Source: Vitrella brassicaformis CCMP3155 (Eukaryota > Protista > Chromerida). Taken from it: a DNA stretch of 64,000 nucleotides. The stretch spans positions 1 to 64,000 of the forward strand of contig CDMY01000738.1 of the NCBI GenBank assembly GCA_001179505.1, read 5' to 3'. The notes under the pieces were generated by a model, which was not told the DNA's origin, ran no database searches, and worked only from the letters and a program-made list of their open reading frames with translations. Both the position numbers and the translations under genes were made by a program. This document shows positions 49,701 through 63,007 of this stretch, in pieces; position 1 is the stretch's first letter, and the number at the start of each line of letters is the position of its first letter.

Positions 49701-51410
49701 ACAGCTGAGGCATGTCTGCACCAAACACGACTGACACGAGCAGATGATGTCCGAAAACAACGGTGTCTGTCTTTCCGTGTGGGCGTCAGGTTGTGCGGTG
49801 TTGATTGACATTGGGAGGAGCACTGCCGGCCGCATAGCTGGCTGCAATGGTGCACACACAGCGTGGGGTTTTGCGATTGGGCAGTGTCTGTCCATCTGCC
49901 TGTCAACACGCTACTCTTCCATGTATATAGCTATCAGTGGCTGGCTGACATGTCTGTCTGTCTGTCTGTCTGTTTTGCCTCTCTCTCACCATGCCATCTC
50001 CCTGTGTGTACTGAATGACTGACTGCATCGGTCGGCTGGGTGATTGGTGCTTTTGTCGGTGTGTGCTGCACGTGATGGCTGGTGACATACTGACATCTCT
50101 CTCTCTCTCTCTCTCTGTCTGTCCGTACACACATCTATGTGTTCATCCACACACATGACGATCGATGCACCGCACCACATTACCTCTGCATTCATCCGTC
50201 CGTCTGTGATGCATTGCTTGCTCCATACACACGAACATACAAGCATAGCGGTGTGTGTTTCACACCCACCCGTTGCCCAGCCACTTGCACATCATCACAC
50301 AGACACACAGACACACAGACACACATACAGGCTGCTGCCATGTAGTCAGTCATTTTTGCCTGCTGGTGGGCCCCCTTCCTGTCTAGACATGTGTGTGTCG
50401 TCCTGTTGTGCGCGGCCACTCGGTCGCCAAGGCGGGCACACACATGTGATGCGGTGGGTGGATGTGCGTGTGTGTGTATGACGGCGGGGTGTGCTGTCTC
50501 TTCGATCTTCCTTATGTGTCTCTGTCTGTATATGTATGTATGTCTGTATTTGTACGTCTGTCTGTACACACATACATATACATATGATCGATGTCCAGAT
50601 ATACTGCCTTACTGCATCCGATCCATACTATAGCTATCTCTCTTTAAGTGTGTTGCCTGATGCAAACAAATGTGTGCGGTCGTGTTGATGATCATCGGTA
50701 TACTGCTCGGTGGGCCAACGTGGCTTGACGCTTGACGCTTGACGTGTGGATCGATGGATCGCTTGAATGGATTCGTACACATACGTATACGGTTGTGTGA
50801 ATCCATTCGATCATCGCCGCAAGTGGATGGATGTATGTAGGACTGTCATTCCATTCCATCTCTTGTCCGTTCCATCACGTCGTATGGATTTCTCGTCGTG
50901 TGTCTCGTCTCGAGCAGCCAGTCTGACTTGGCTGGCTCTAATCTACAAGCAGCCAGGCCGGCAGGGCTCTCTCTCTCTCTCTCTCATATATATATTGCTC
51001 CTTCTCTCGAGCGTCGTGCGCACAACCATCACTCACACAGACCGTCCATGTCAGAACTGTCTGTGCAAATTTCAGAGTACACGGAGAGAGCCACTGCTTC
51101 TGCCATTCCATCGACTTCCCTCCCCTCCCCTCATCCATGCATTACCCATCGACAAATCGCCCACACGTGAATGCATCTGTGCATCTTCGTTGGGCACTGG
51201 ACCCTTCTTGTTCTCTTCGTCCATCGCGGTCTCTTGACGTGACACACCCACACCCACACAGAGAAAGAGGGGCACGTCAATCAAAAGGGGTCATCGTGAG
51301 AGACGTCAAGTAAACAAATCGTCGTCAGTCACATCCACCCACTCAGCAAAACATGCACAGACACGTAAGTCAGACTGGACGGCCCTTCAAGGACACAAAC
51401 AGCTTGCTCA

Positions 51411-53372
51411 TCACGGTTGGCCATCAATAAGGTGCTGCAGCCCGAATCGCCTCACGGCAGCCATGGTGAGAGGGAGCCGCTCATCGACAGCCTCTCCGCC
51501 CGCCGCCTCCACCTCGGTGGTCCTGACGATTATGTGCCTGCCACCAAGGGATACGGAAGCCACCACAGACCCACCACCGAGCAATAGGACCACCATGCGG
51601 TGGCGACTTAGAAAAATTTCATCCACGATCTCAAAGAGGCTTTCCTTGTTATCGACAGGCGTCCATCGCCTGTCGATGACCAGGACGTCGCTGTGGCCGC
51701 TCAAGGAACCGTCAGTATAGAGTGAGCGATAGCCTCTGGCCTTCCACGGGTTCACCTGGCCCTCGAGAACCACCCTCAGGGTGGTAGGGAATGCGCCTTC
51801 CAATAGCACGTGGAGTGCAAATGAGCTGAAGGAGGGGTATATAATACCCAAGCTGACCAGCGTGACGGGCGGGTCATCGCGGCGATAGGCCCGCCAGAGA
51901 AAGGGGCGAAGGCACACCAGCTCATCCCCGCCGATGATGCGAAAGGTTGTCGAACCGATGCCATAGTGCTGGACGAGCCTCAGATGCTTGTGGGCGCGCC
52001 GGACGATTCCTCTGGTCCCCACGGATGCCACGAAGGAGTCGCAGAGTAGAAAGGTGAGTGCTAGCACGGGCACGAAGATAGAGATGGCCCAGTATAGGAT
52101 GCTGCCCCTGGTCACGTCACGAAGAAGCCACTCAGATATGAGCGAACAGTTGAAGAGCGTCGTCCCGGCAGTGACACACGCGAAGGCCGCCAAGCAGATG
52201 ACGTAGAATGCTGCGAGCAGGACCCGAGACAGTATAGTGGCCGGCACGATCAACAAGGAGGCCTTCACTCTGTTGTCGACCTCCCTCAGCTGCAACTCTC
52301 CTGCTGCTCCGTCGTTGGCGTCGGGCGGCGTGTGGCTCAGTGCGTTGTAGATGGCCATTGCAGTCGGAAGCCGGTGGAAGCTGGCCTTGTTCGGCAGATG
52401 GGCCGCCACACTCTCAGCCGACAGCACCAGCGGCAGCTGGCCAGCCACACCGCAGACACCTGCGACCTTGATGAGTGTGGCCATCGTGGGCCACTCAGCC
52501 GCCTGCTCGATGACGTAGGCGCAGCGAGCGAGATACCCAAGCCGCGAGAGGGATGGCGGCAGCGGAGGGGCCGAGGGGTCGACGCCGCGGTCCCTCTCCA
52601 CGTCAATGAGGCCGGTGAGCTGCTGCTGGGCGAGGGAGCTGTCGATGCGCCATAGGAAGGCCTCGTCAATCAGCTGAGAGCTGTATGGCTGGCCGACCGC
52701 CCGAGTCATCACAGCGACGTCGACAGGGAGGAAGGACACCACCAGGCCCAGGACGTCTGCAGGCAGCGTTTGATCTTCGCCAGCGATGGCCACCGACAGG
52801 GAAACCATCTCACATTCATCAGCAGCATCGGGCGGCACTCGCTCATAATCGTGACGGCGATTCCAGGGCAACAGACGACAATTTATGAGTCTCATCCTGC
52901 AAACAAAAGAGTACAGGTGCATATGGACACGGGTGCGTCCTTGTGTTTCGTCCAATGGCATCCTCTCCCACCTACAGTACGAGGCGCCGGGATGAGTTGA
53001 AGCTCTAAAATCCACCGAGCAAGGCTCTACAGTACGAGAGGCTGAAAGAACTCTCGGGAGTAATTCCCTTTGATGTTGAGCGTTACCCTTCCCGAGATGG
53101 ATCCCTCCATCTCCGAGCAGTTTCACGAATGTCCTAGCGCCTACGAGCTGCGAGAACAGCTGCAACGGTTGGACTGGCGTTCCTTTGAAGCCTACGATTT
53201 GTTCCTGCGGAGGGTAAATCTCCGCCTCCTTTTGACAAGTGGAGTGCCTGCCCTTCGGGCAGGCGTGTTCGTAAAACAGTAAAAGCGAATGTTTAGGAAA
53301 TGCGTGAAACCGGAAGGCATTGCCAAAATTCGTTTTCTTTTTTCCCTCCTTTGTTCGGCTGCCGAACGACAT
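51411..53372 (-). CDS. Divergent family-A relative ('C') with F-box-like motif and an inserted hydrophobic hairpin; start 53372 (with 75-nt intron 52971-52897) or 52895
   Basis: LPADVLGLVVSFLPVDVAVMTRAV (F-box-like). CAYVIEQAAEWPTMATLIKVAGVCG..QLPLVLSAE..HLPNKA matches family A LCVTEAGGWSEMSEAVELAGQCG..QLPVRLT..YPNKT. Also RRDDPPV..YPSFSSF and VRTTE..ERLPLT. Uninterrupted ORF. Confidence 0.7.
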   Translation of the reverse strand: MSFGSRTKEGKKKTNFGNAFRFHAFPKHSLLLFYEHACPKGRHSTCQKEAEIYPPQEQIVGFKGTPVQPLQLFSQLVGARTFVKLLGDGGIHLGKGNAQHQRELLPRVLSASRTVEPCSVDFRASTHPGASYCRWERMPLDETQGRTRVHMHLYSFVCRMRLINCRLLPWNRRHDYERVPPDAADECEMVSLSVAIAGEDQTLPADVLGLVVSFLPVDVAVMTRAVGQPYSSQLIDEAFLWRIDSSLAQQQLTGLIDVERDRGVDPSAPPLPPSLSRLGYLARCAYVIEQAAEWPTMATLIKVAGVCGVAGQLPLVLSAESVAAHLPNKASFHRLPTAMAIYNALSHTPPDANDGAAGELQLREVDNRVKASLLIVPATILSRVLLAAFYVICLAAFACVTAGTTLFNCSLISEWLLRDVTRGSILYWAISIFVPVLALTFLLCDSFVASVGTRGIVRRAHKHLRLVQHYGIGSTTFRIIGGDELVCLRPFLWRAYRRDDPPVTLVSLGIIYPSFSSFALHVLLEGAFPTTLRVVLEGQVNPWKARGYRSLYTDGSLSGHSDVLVIDRRWTPVDNKESLFEIVDEIFLSRHRMVVLLLGGGSVVASVSLGGRHIIVRTTEVEAAGGEAVDERLPLTMAAVRRFGLQHLIDGQP

Positions 53373-53563
53373 GCGAATGGGATCAACAGCGAGTGCATGC
53401 TCGGTTTGTAGATCTCCAACTTTTTCACAGCAGGCACTCCCCAACCCCGAGCTTACAGCTCGCAGCGAAAAATCGCTCGGCGAACGCGCAGCTAATCGAT
53501 GAATGAAGAGCAGCAACGAGGTGCTGATCACGTGAGGGCGCCGTGGACTGGCGTGCCGCTGCC

Positions 53564-55394
53564 ATGAATGTGTCCATCCTGACGCCATCAGGTCAGGTTG
53601 GCAGACACACACCGCACTCGCATCGATCTATGGGGGACAGATCATCAACAGCATTTCCTGCATGTTTGTGTGTTTTGTCTGTGACCACAGGCCCGTCGCC
53701 TCTTGATTCTTCGGGCGGCATATCGTCGCAGCAGCAGCTGGTCATGCCGGGCCAAGTCATCCCCACTCACTCGGGATACATGCGGTCAGCAAACACTGCA
53801 TTGCGGCAGCAGCAGCAGCACACGAGGCTTACCTGTGCGTTTGTCTGGTGTGCAGGGGTCACGGCACTACGGAGGAGAATGGCCAGCTGATAGCGACGGT
53901 GTGCGGCCTGGTGGAGCAAGTCAGTGCTCTCATCTATGTGCGACCACTCAGGAGCAGGTCAGTCAGTCAACCGGGCGTGCTGCTTTGATCGAACTGACTG
54001 ACAAAAGGCATCGGATTGCCGCACGCAGCTGCGCATTTCTGTGCACAGGTATGTGGGCGAGGTGGGCGATGTCATCGTCGGCCGAGTGGACGAGGTAAGG
54101 TGCTCGCACGCCCACCACCGACACACACACACATACACACAGACACACACACCTGTGTGTGTGTGTGTGTGTGTGTATATTCCGTCGATCGACAGATCGG
54201 CAACGGTCGTTGGTACGTGGAGGTGTGCTCCAGCCAGAGGGCGCAGCTGCACCTCGCAGCCATCAACCTCCCGGGATCTGTACAGGTCAGCCGCGTAACA
54301 TACGAGCGAGTCGAGTCCATCAGCCATATTCACCTATGTGTGTGTTTAGCGTCGTCGGACAGAGGAGGATGAGAAGGAGATGAGGCGCTTCCTCGCAGAA
54401 GGCGACATACTCTCGGTACGGAACCTCCGCACACCCGTACGCACCCAGGCACCTAGGCAGCCAGGCAGGAGTTGACCTCTGTGTGATTTGATGCCGCAGA
54501 CTGAGGTGCAGCGTGTGCAGAGCGACGGGCTGATCCTCCTGCACACCAGAAGCGCCAAGTACGGCAAGGTCAGGCCACCTCATGTCAGAGACACACACAG
54601 ACAGACACACAGCCGCCTGGACCGGTCTCCATTGCATTGACTGCAGCTGGAGAATGGATGCCTCGTGCAAGTGCCGCCGCAGCTGGTATGGCCGTTTGTG
54701 CGCCTACTGCATGCCATCCATCCATCCATCTGTCTGTCTGTCTGTCTGTGTGTCCGTGTGCCGTAGGTCCGCCGTCAGGCCTCGCACATGGTCAACCTAC
54801 CCTGCGAACCGCCCGTTGGCGTCGTGCTCGGAAACAACGGGTAAGTCCTGCCTGCCCAGAGGGCCTCTTAGGGTCGTATAAGGTGCACGAGTGTGTGTGT
54901 ATGGTGTGTCTTTCAGGTACATCTGGGTTGGCCTGCCCCAGCGTGAGTCGGCCCGAGACACCATCAACTACGCCCTTGGGGAGGTCACTTACCAGGTGAA
55001 CGAAACAACACAAGACAACACCACGGCACAGATGTCACTGTGTGAGCTGGTGTCCATTGAGTGATGGTTATGCGGTGTGGCTGTGTGTATGCAGGCGGTG
55101 TCGCCGCCTCAGCGGCAGGCCATCTGCCGTGTCCGCAACTGCATCGCCGCACTGAGTGCCCACTACCTGCAGCTCACCCCTCAGGTAGGGTAGGTCACCT
55201 GAGTGGGCCGCTCGGCGTCTCATGTGTCTCATTCAGTGTGTCTTCTGATATGTTCGGATGTGTGTGGTGGTTGTGTGCAGTCGATAATGGATGTGTATAG
55301 CGCGTCGGTGCGCGGCAAGCTGGAGGTCAGCTCGCTGACGAACCCTGAAGTGGTGAGAGACCTTATCAGAGAGTATATCAAGACCAAAACCTGA
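53564..55394 (+). CDS. RRP4: Exosome complex component RRP4 (EXOSC2)
   Basis: VMPGQVI..GYMRGHGT, ATVCGLVEQV..VRPLRSRYVGEVGDVIVGRV, LAAINLPG..RRRTEEDEKEMRRFLAEGDILS, LHTRSAKYGKLENG, VVLGNNGYIWV. Confidence 0.95.
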
Positions 55395-55907
55395 CTGACT
55401 GTGTGACGGCGTGTAGTTGATCCATGTACTATGCATCATTAAAGTCGCAGATACGCTCACTGCTGCTATCTGTTCTGGTCGCCAGTCAGCGAACACCTCA
55501 GTTCATACACACATCGTGTTGCAGGCAGGCAAGTCGGTCGACATGGCCCTCGTCTCCTCTCGTCCAGCGGTGTTGCGTCAGCCGCGCCCTCCTCACGTAA
55601 AGGGCGTGCAAAAGCTCGTTTGTATGCCCTTTACGTATGGAGGCAAGTGGTGACGCCATCACCACAACAAGAGGAGGCCGCACAGCGCTTCTCTTGCACA
55701 ACGTCATGATCGATCTGTCTGTCTACCCCATTTTGCATTCCCGTCTCACCCCACGCAAAAGAAAAACAGCAGCCAGCAACCCAACGCAGTGCCCTTCGTT
55801 GATCCATCATGCTACAAGCCTCTCTAGGCACACATCGACAGAAACATACACCCACCGACGCGCAAACACATACACACACACACAAACCATCCCCTTTGTT
55901 TGTCTGT

Positions 55908-57647
55908 CTACTGGTACATGGAAGTGGGCGGTGGTCTGTCTGGTGCGGCCGTCTGCAGGGGCGGGACGGGCAGCGGCAGGGTGGCCTCGTGCAGCCAGGC
56001 CAGGAAGTCGGGGTCGCGCTGTGCGTACGGCTCCAGCTTGGCACGCACCTCATCGTGGTAGTCGTTCAGATACAACACCTCGTCCCTGCACACACACATT
56101 ATTACACAAACACGTCAGACACTCTGTGCGAGGGAGAGGGGGACGGTGAGAGTGGGGAGTGCTGTGCCGACCGTGTGAGCAGGTCGAGGTCGATGAGTTT
56201 CTTCTGTATGGGAACCATGGTGAGGTTCTCAAAGCCGTAGTAGTCACGACTGTCGGGGAAGTTGTTCCTGTCAGACAAAGACAGAGAAAAGGTGGGCAGT
56301 GGTCGGATGGATGCTCCGCCCTCTTATCGACCTGGTCTCGGCCTTGACGACGGTCACCAAATTCTCAATCCGGATGCCCCACTCATTGGACTGAACACAC
56401 ACACACACACACGGACGGGAGGGACCTCCATCCATCCATCCGTCCATCGCACAGGCCCGCGATTCGACTGACCTCATAGTAGCCGGGCTCGTTGGACACG
56501 ATCATCCCCGGCTGCAGCGGCACCCTGCACACACCATCCCACCATACCACCACACCACACGCCAAGTGAGTGAAGGAGCAGAGTAAGAAGCCCCTTGGCC
56601 CCTCCTCTCTGGCACCACCCACTTACGCGCCCGCCCTGCTGTTGCCCTTGGTGGTGATGCCGATGGGCCCCTCATGCACACAGAGGAAGGACCCCACGCC
56701 ATGGCCGGTGCCGTGGAGGTAGTCCAGGCCGACCTCCCAGAGGTGCTGCCGGGCCAGGCAGTCCAGCTGAGTGCCTGTCGTGGTGGCGGGGAAGATGCAG
56801 CGCGCCACTGCTACGTGGCCTTTGAGCACCTGACAGACAGACACACAGGGGGAGAGAGAGAGGAATTGGGTGTGTGGGCGTGGAGCGTCTCAGTGATGTA
56901 GGTGCGCATACTGACTGACCCGTGTGAAGCACTCCTTTTGTTTCTGTGAGGGTGTGCCGAGGTGGAGGGTGCGTGTGACGTCTGTCGTGCCGTCTCGGTA
57001 CTGCGCACCTGAGTCTATCAGGTACATCTCGTTGCTGCACACACACACACACACACACGCACGGGGACTCGTGCAATTGCGGATCGTCTGTGTGTGTGTG
57101 TGTCTGTGTGTGTGTGACGGACCGTGTGATTTTCTTGCAGCCTGCGCTTTTCTCTGGTTTGTAGTGGATGATGGCGCCGTTGCTGCCGACGGCCGATATG
57201 GAGGGGAAGGACAGATCCACATAGTCGGCCATCTCACTGCGGAAGGCCTGCAGCCTGCAATCGACCCATCCCATCAGGGACAGCACAGCACGGCGCCATA
57301 CGTGTCTGTGAGGGAGGGAGGGCGGCGTTGGTCTCCCTTCCTGGCGCTGTGTGTGTGTGTGGGTATTTACTTGTCAGCGAGGTCGACTTCGTCGAGTCCC
57401 TCTTTGCCCTCCGTGACGATCGTCTTCTCCAGCCAGTGCAGATACCGAGACTTGGCGGCACCTGCACACACACACAGCACACCACATCTGAGTGGATGGA
57501 TGTGTGTGTGTGTGTGTGTGTCGTAACTGACCGTCCCGTATGTGTGCGTGTTTGGTGCCCTCTATCTCGGCCCCCGTCTTGACGGCCTTCATCACCATTA
57601 TCGGCGTGTGCGACATCAGACGCACCTCAGGCGGAATGGCCTGCAGA

Positions 57648-57686
<39 letters not shown>

Positions 57687-59117
57687 GGGGATTGGTTTGA
57701 CGTCTCTGCGTGTGCATCCTGTTTGTGTGTGTGCGGGAGATGGTGTTGCTGGCCACACCGAGTGCAGGGCGACGTTGGTGGAGGGGTCGATCCACATGCG
57801 TGGCCTGGGGTAGCACCGGAGGTAGCTGAACATCTGGCTGATCCGCTTGACGTCCTCCACCACCTGTCAAACAGAGGATGAAGGGCGTCTGCGTATGGTG
57901 CGTCCTCTGGCGTAGCGCACGTTGTCGTATGGTAGTATGTCTGTGATGTCGTTCTCGGCCAGATGCGCCTTCACCTCATCAGTCAACTTGGCCTCTGCAG
58001 AGACCAGACGACATCAGACAAGACACACAGGAAGCCGCTGCTCATTCCGCCTAGACACACGTATGGTATGTGTGCTTCATGTGTGTGTTTCGTTTCAGAG
58101 GACTGGACTGACCGTTGACATACACCCGCACTGAACCGGATACGGGCACCACGACGTAGCCCAAAAACACGGGCGTGTAGGGGATGTCGGAACCTCGCAG
58201 ATTAAGCAGCCACGCCACCTACACACACACACACACATGCATTCGCAGGCAGAGAGAGAGAGAGAGATGCCCTCCCCTCCCTAATCAACCCATTCCAGCA
58301 GTACACTTGTTCCTTCCGCATTCACCTCGTCGAGTCTGGCCACGACGAGGCCGTGGACCAGCTCCCCCTCCTCGGACATCTTCTTGCGCACGTCGGCCAC
58401 CTTGTCCTTGACGCTCTTGCCGGCATACTGCAAGGGCTGCACGAAGCACTGGCTGGAGGCCATGGGAGGCTGGTCGGGCCAGATGCGGTCGATGAGATTG
58501 GGCGGGTCGATGAGTGTGATCCGGGTGGCGCCGAGGGCGTCCGTCAGGGAGGTGTAGAAGGAGATCGACACGCAGTAGGGGTCTGATGATCAGATCAGAC
58601 GAACGCCCGCATCCCTGACAGTACTACGTGTTGGCCATTCACTTGTGTGTGTGGCGTCAGTCACCGAGTCCGATTTGTCCGGCGACGTTTCTCTTCAGCC
58701 ACTGGGGTATGGTGGGGGTCTCCTGCAGCCCCTGCCGCATCAACGTCCACTCGGGGCTCAGCTCCTTCTCGGCCTGCAAGAAGTACCGCCCGTCCGTCCA
58801 CAGCAACGCCTGACCACTCAGACACATCCACACCACACACCACAGCACACCCGACATGAGGTGATGACGCGCCAATTTTGTGTGGTTGGCTTGGCTTGGC
58901 TTGCCTGGTCTCCCTGTCCTCCATCTCCCTCTCCGACAGTCACGACGGCGACCCCCTGTGAGCCCGTGAAGCCCGAGATCCAGGCGCGCCGCATGTCCCG
59001 CTTGCCGACGTACTCGGAGTTGTGGGCGTCCTGCGTGAGGACGACGAATGCGGTCACGCCCGCCTTGCGCATCTCCTCGCGCAGCGCCGACAGCTTGGCT
59101 GCCGGCGTCATCGCCAT
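55908..59117 (-). CDS. Xaa-Pro aminopeptidase (aminopeptidase P, M24B; XPNPEP1-like); may have an extra N-terminal exon
   Basis: [118 protein letters not shown]. Confidence 0.95.
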
Positions 59118-59687
59118 GGCTGTGGCGGGTGTGAGTGTGGTGCCGTCTGGCTTGAGCTTCTTTGACGGACGCTCAGCCAGATCTGCAACGCCGACGCCCT
59201 GAACCCCCGAAATCTTGACGCGACGAACGAATCAGAAGGGATCACCCTGATCCTCACGCCCTTGCGAGCATAGCATGACGATCGGCCAGCAATGGTCCTG
59301 TGGAATGAATTGAGACCGTATTGTGTCGCGACCTCGTCACACACGTCAGCCAATCCACCATCACATGGCATCCATCCATCCATCTATCCATCCATCCATC
59401 CATGCAGTCACCTGACTCTCTCCCCGACTCACCTGACAGCCAGACAGATAGAAACACATCCACGCTCCGCTCGCTCGCATACGTACAGAACATCCAAGCG
59501 GTCACTTGGCCAGGAGTGAATGTATGCAGTCTGTCTGTCTGTCTGTCTCTGTCTCGTCGTGTGCACTTGATTAGCTACAGAAAAGAAACTGTCTGTGGAT
59601 GGGGTCTGTCTATGTTCGATCCATCGATGTTGTCTCCTCCTGTCTGTCTGCCTGCATCCGTCTCGCCGTATCCCTCTGCATGTCTTC

Positions 59688-62600
59688 CTACTGTTCCTCC
59701 GCGGGTGGCTTCTTGCCGTCATTGACCTCGTGGCCAGCACCGCCATCGCCATCGCGACTGTCCGAACACCCACACACCCACACACACACACACACACACA
59801 CATGACGTACGCTGCTTGCTTGCGTCGTCTTGTGTGTGGTGATCGTGTCATTCGTTGTCTTGAATGACTTACCGATCCGCCCCGCCATCCTTGTCCTTGG
59901 ACGATGCACCAGCTGAAGCCGAAGCAGCAGCAGCAGCAGCAGCAGGGGCAGCAGCAGCAGGGGCAGGGCCAGCTGATGAGCGAGGACGCCAGACCCGGGA
60001 AGGAAGGGTCGGCGGCCGTCGGTTGCTGTCCCTGCTGTCCCAATCGTTGTTGCCAGATGCAGCACCATTGTTGTTGTTGCTGCTGTTGTTGTTGTTGTTG
60101 TCGTCGTCGTGTTGCAGTGGTGTGTGGCTGCTGACTGGGGGCTGCCCATTGCCGGCTCGGTCGTGACGGTGTCTGTCGGGCCCGGCCATACTAGACACGG
60201 TCTTGTACGTTTCAGCATAAGTGCGTGAGCTTGGGATCATTGGAATGAGACCGCCATCTCGTGTGGCCCTGATTGCACACACACACACACACACACAGAC
60301 CGACAACCCATACACACACATTGAGATGGTTGTCTGCCTGCCTGCGGCGGTCACTGACCTCTGTGCGCTCATGGCTGTCAGGTGCTGCACAGTCAGCGGC
60401 GCGCTGGACATCGGCGCCATCCGCGGGCCGCCCCGGCGCGTCGCATTGCTGGAGGCAGGGCCAGGATACTGTCGAATGAGGCAAACAGAGCGGACACACA
60501 CACACGCACGCACGTACAATAAAGGGTTGAGTGGCGTACAGTACCATTTGCGAAGATATATGGCGGAATCGCTTTGAGTATGTCTGCAGCGCCGCTGGGT
60601 TGGATGAGCACTGGCTGATCCGCTCCATCACGCGCACCGCAGAGTCGATGCGCTGGTTCAGCAGATGGCCACGGCCGGCATTCTCTAACACACACACACA
60701 CACACCCCGACACAGACGAGAATGGCGACGCTGAATGACGCACATGGCTTGTGTGGGCTGCCGTGTACCTACCGTCATGCAACGCGGTGGTGAGGGCCTG
60801 CTGAGCTACGCGCTCGGCACGGGCCATCGACACCTGCATCAATCCACACCACAGGCAGGCAACACACTCCGAGACACCACAGATGCCCCCTTGGCCCTTC
60901 TCTCGCCCACCTCCTCATCAGCCCGTATCCCCATGGCCAGCAGACGCTTCGCACCCGCACTCTCACGCTCACCTCCATCCCCACCACCAGCCGCGGCAGC
61001 AGCAGCAGCCGCAGCTGCGGGCACGCCATTCTCGCCAGTGTCGGCCTCCTCTGGCTCGCCCTCTGGCTGGGGCGCCCACACCCGGCGGATGGTGAGAGTC
61101 TGTGGCGCGAAGTGGAAGATCTTGCGGGCTGTGACGTCCTTGTAGCGGCCGGAGAGGGTCAGGATGGCCTCCTCGGTGTCGGTCGAACTGGCGACCTCGG
61201 GCACCTCCTGAACACACACACAGATACATGTGTGTGGTCTGTGTGGTGCACATGTTAGTTACCATTTCGAGCAGGATTTGTCGCCCCTCGTCAGCGGCGC
61301 AGTCTGGGAGGGTCAGAGTGCCTGCCTTGCCGCCAGGAGTGAGGCGGTGCTCGAAGTCGGAGTGGAAGGCCTTGATCGCCGAATTGTCCGCCTCAGTGGC
61401 CTGCCACGCACGTAGAATCGACACACACACATACATTGGCCGTATGCTTCTTGCGCGTGTGTTTTGTCCTGTGCTGCCTTACTTTGAAATCGAGCGTGAT
61501 GTCCTGAAATGCGATGAACTTTGCGGCCCCGAGGGCAGCGGCAAACGACTCGCCCATCACGGAAGGAGACTGCATCCATAGCAGCGGCCAGCACTTCATC
61601 CATCCGTGTGTCTCCGCCCCCCGGCTCCCTGCCTCCCCACTCACTTCGATGTATGTGAACGGTGTGTGGCAGAGCTCGGCATACCCGCCCAGCGTCACCG
61701 CATCGTGATCGGCGCCAAAGCCGAACGGATATACACCACCTATGGATAGACAACGACAGAGGAACACAGATAGATGACACACACGCCGAATGAATCACTC
61801 CCTCCTTGTGCCCTTGTGCCTGAGTGGTCACATCCCTCCCTCCCTCCCTCCCTTCCTTCCCACGCTCTCACGCACATCGATTGGCTACGAAGCAGGACTG
61901 CACCAGCTGGCGAGTGGCTGAAGGGTATTGGTATCCTAGGTTTTCCTTCCCATCCGTCAACAGAAACGCCGCGCAGATCGGGTTGTGTGTCCGGCGCGCC
62001 TGCAGACACTGAATGGCGCTCTCCACACCAGAGCGGATGGACGTGCCGCCCTCAGCTCGGAGGCGCATGACTGCCACAAGCACAGAAAGACAAAGAGAAG
62101 AGAGCGTCGGTGTGGACCGGACCACGTGCCGGCCTGTGTTTGTCTCGTGGGAATGCTGATACTGCGTGTGGTGGCGAGGCTCTTCTTGGCCTCCGTCATA
62201 AGGGTGAATGGCAACTCAACCCGTGCAGCACTCGAGAACGATATCACACACAGCCTGCACACACAGCACAACACAAGACACATTGGCCGGCACTCTCACG
62301 TCGCCCCCCCCAACCCCAACCCCATCTCCGCCCATCTCCACCTACCGGTCTTTGTCTGTCAGCTGCCCGATGACGAAGCGCATCGCGTCCTGCACTGAGC
62401 CCAGCTTGGCACCTGACATGGAGCCTGATACGTCGAGGACCGTGACTAGATCGAGACCCACGCCGCCACCCTCAGACACCGACACAGCACCACCAGGACG
62501 AGGAACGCTAATGTCAGCTGCCGCCACCGCAGCAGCAGCCGGAGATGGCTGGAAGGAATGAGAGAGCAAAGTATGTGTTATGTGTGCCTTTGTACGAGAT

Positions 62601-63007
62601 GTGTGACGTACTTTGTCCCTAGTGTCGTCGCCTGGGTCGTCATCGGTGGTTGTGTGTGGCTTTTTGGCGACCTTGCACAGCACGAAGACGGCCATGGACT
62701 GGTCCACAGGCAACGCAGAGTACTCCAACTTCAGCGACACACCCAACGGACCTGCCAGGCAGTCAGTCACACCAACGAACGACACAGACAGGCATCTTCT
62801 CGCGTCACCCAACGCAGACCCAACGACACACGTGTACCCACCGGCATCCGGTGTGTCGTCATCTTCAAATTCCTCCTGCGATTCCGTTATCTCATCGGCA
62901 GCGTCCACGCCCACATTCACACCATGGTCAAGAGGAGCAGCCACATCCCGCCGACAGGACTGCCCATGCGACGGCCGGTTGCCGCCCTGTGCTGTGCTGG
63001 GAGGCAT
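59688..63007 (-). CDS. von Willebrand factor A domain protein with low-complexity C-terminus
   Basis: GLDLVTVLDVSGSMSGAKLGSVQDAMRFVIGQLTDKDRLCVISFSSAAR (MIDAS DxSxS), LRAEGGTSI, AAFLLTDG, VYPFGFGADHD. Downstream exons are Ala/Gln/Asn-rich. Ends approximate. Confidence 0.85.

Noticed and set aside
49900-51350. AT-richer spacer with (ATGT)n, (CT)n and gatcgat repeats and several short ORFs
   Set aside because: Simple-sequence intergenic DNA; no element ends or coding signal.
59214-59276. Possible extra first exon (MLCSQG) of the aminopeptidase via a 44-nt intron, adding [11 protein letters not shown]
   Set aside because: Phase-compatible, but the intron is much shorter than others here; left unannotated without transcript data.
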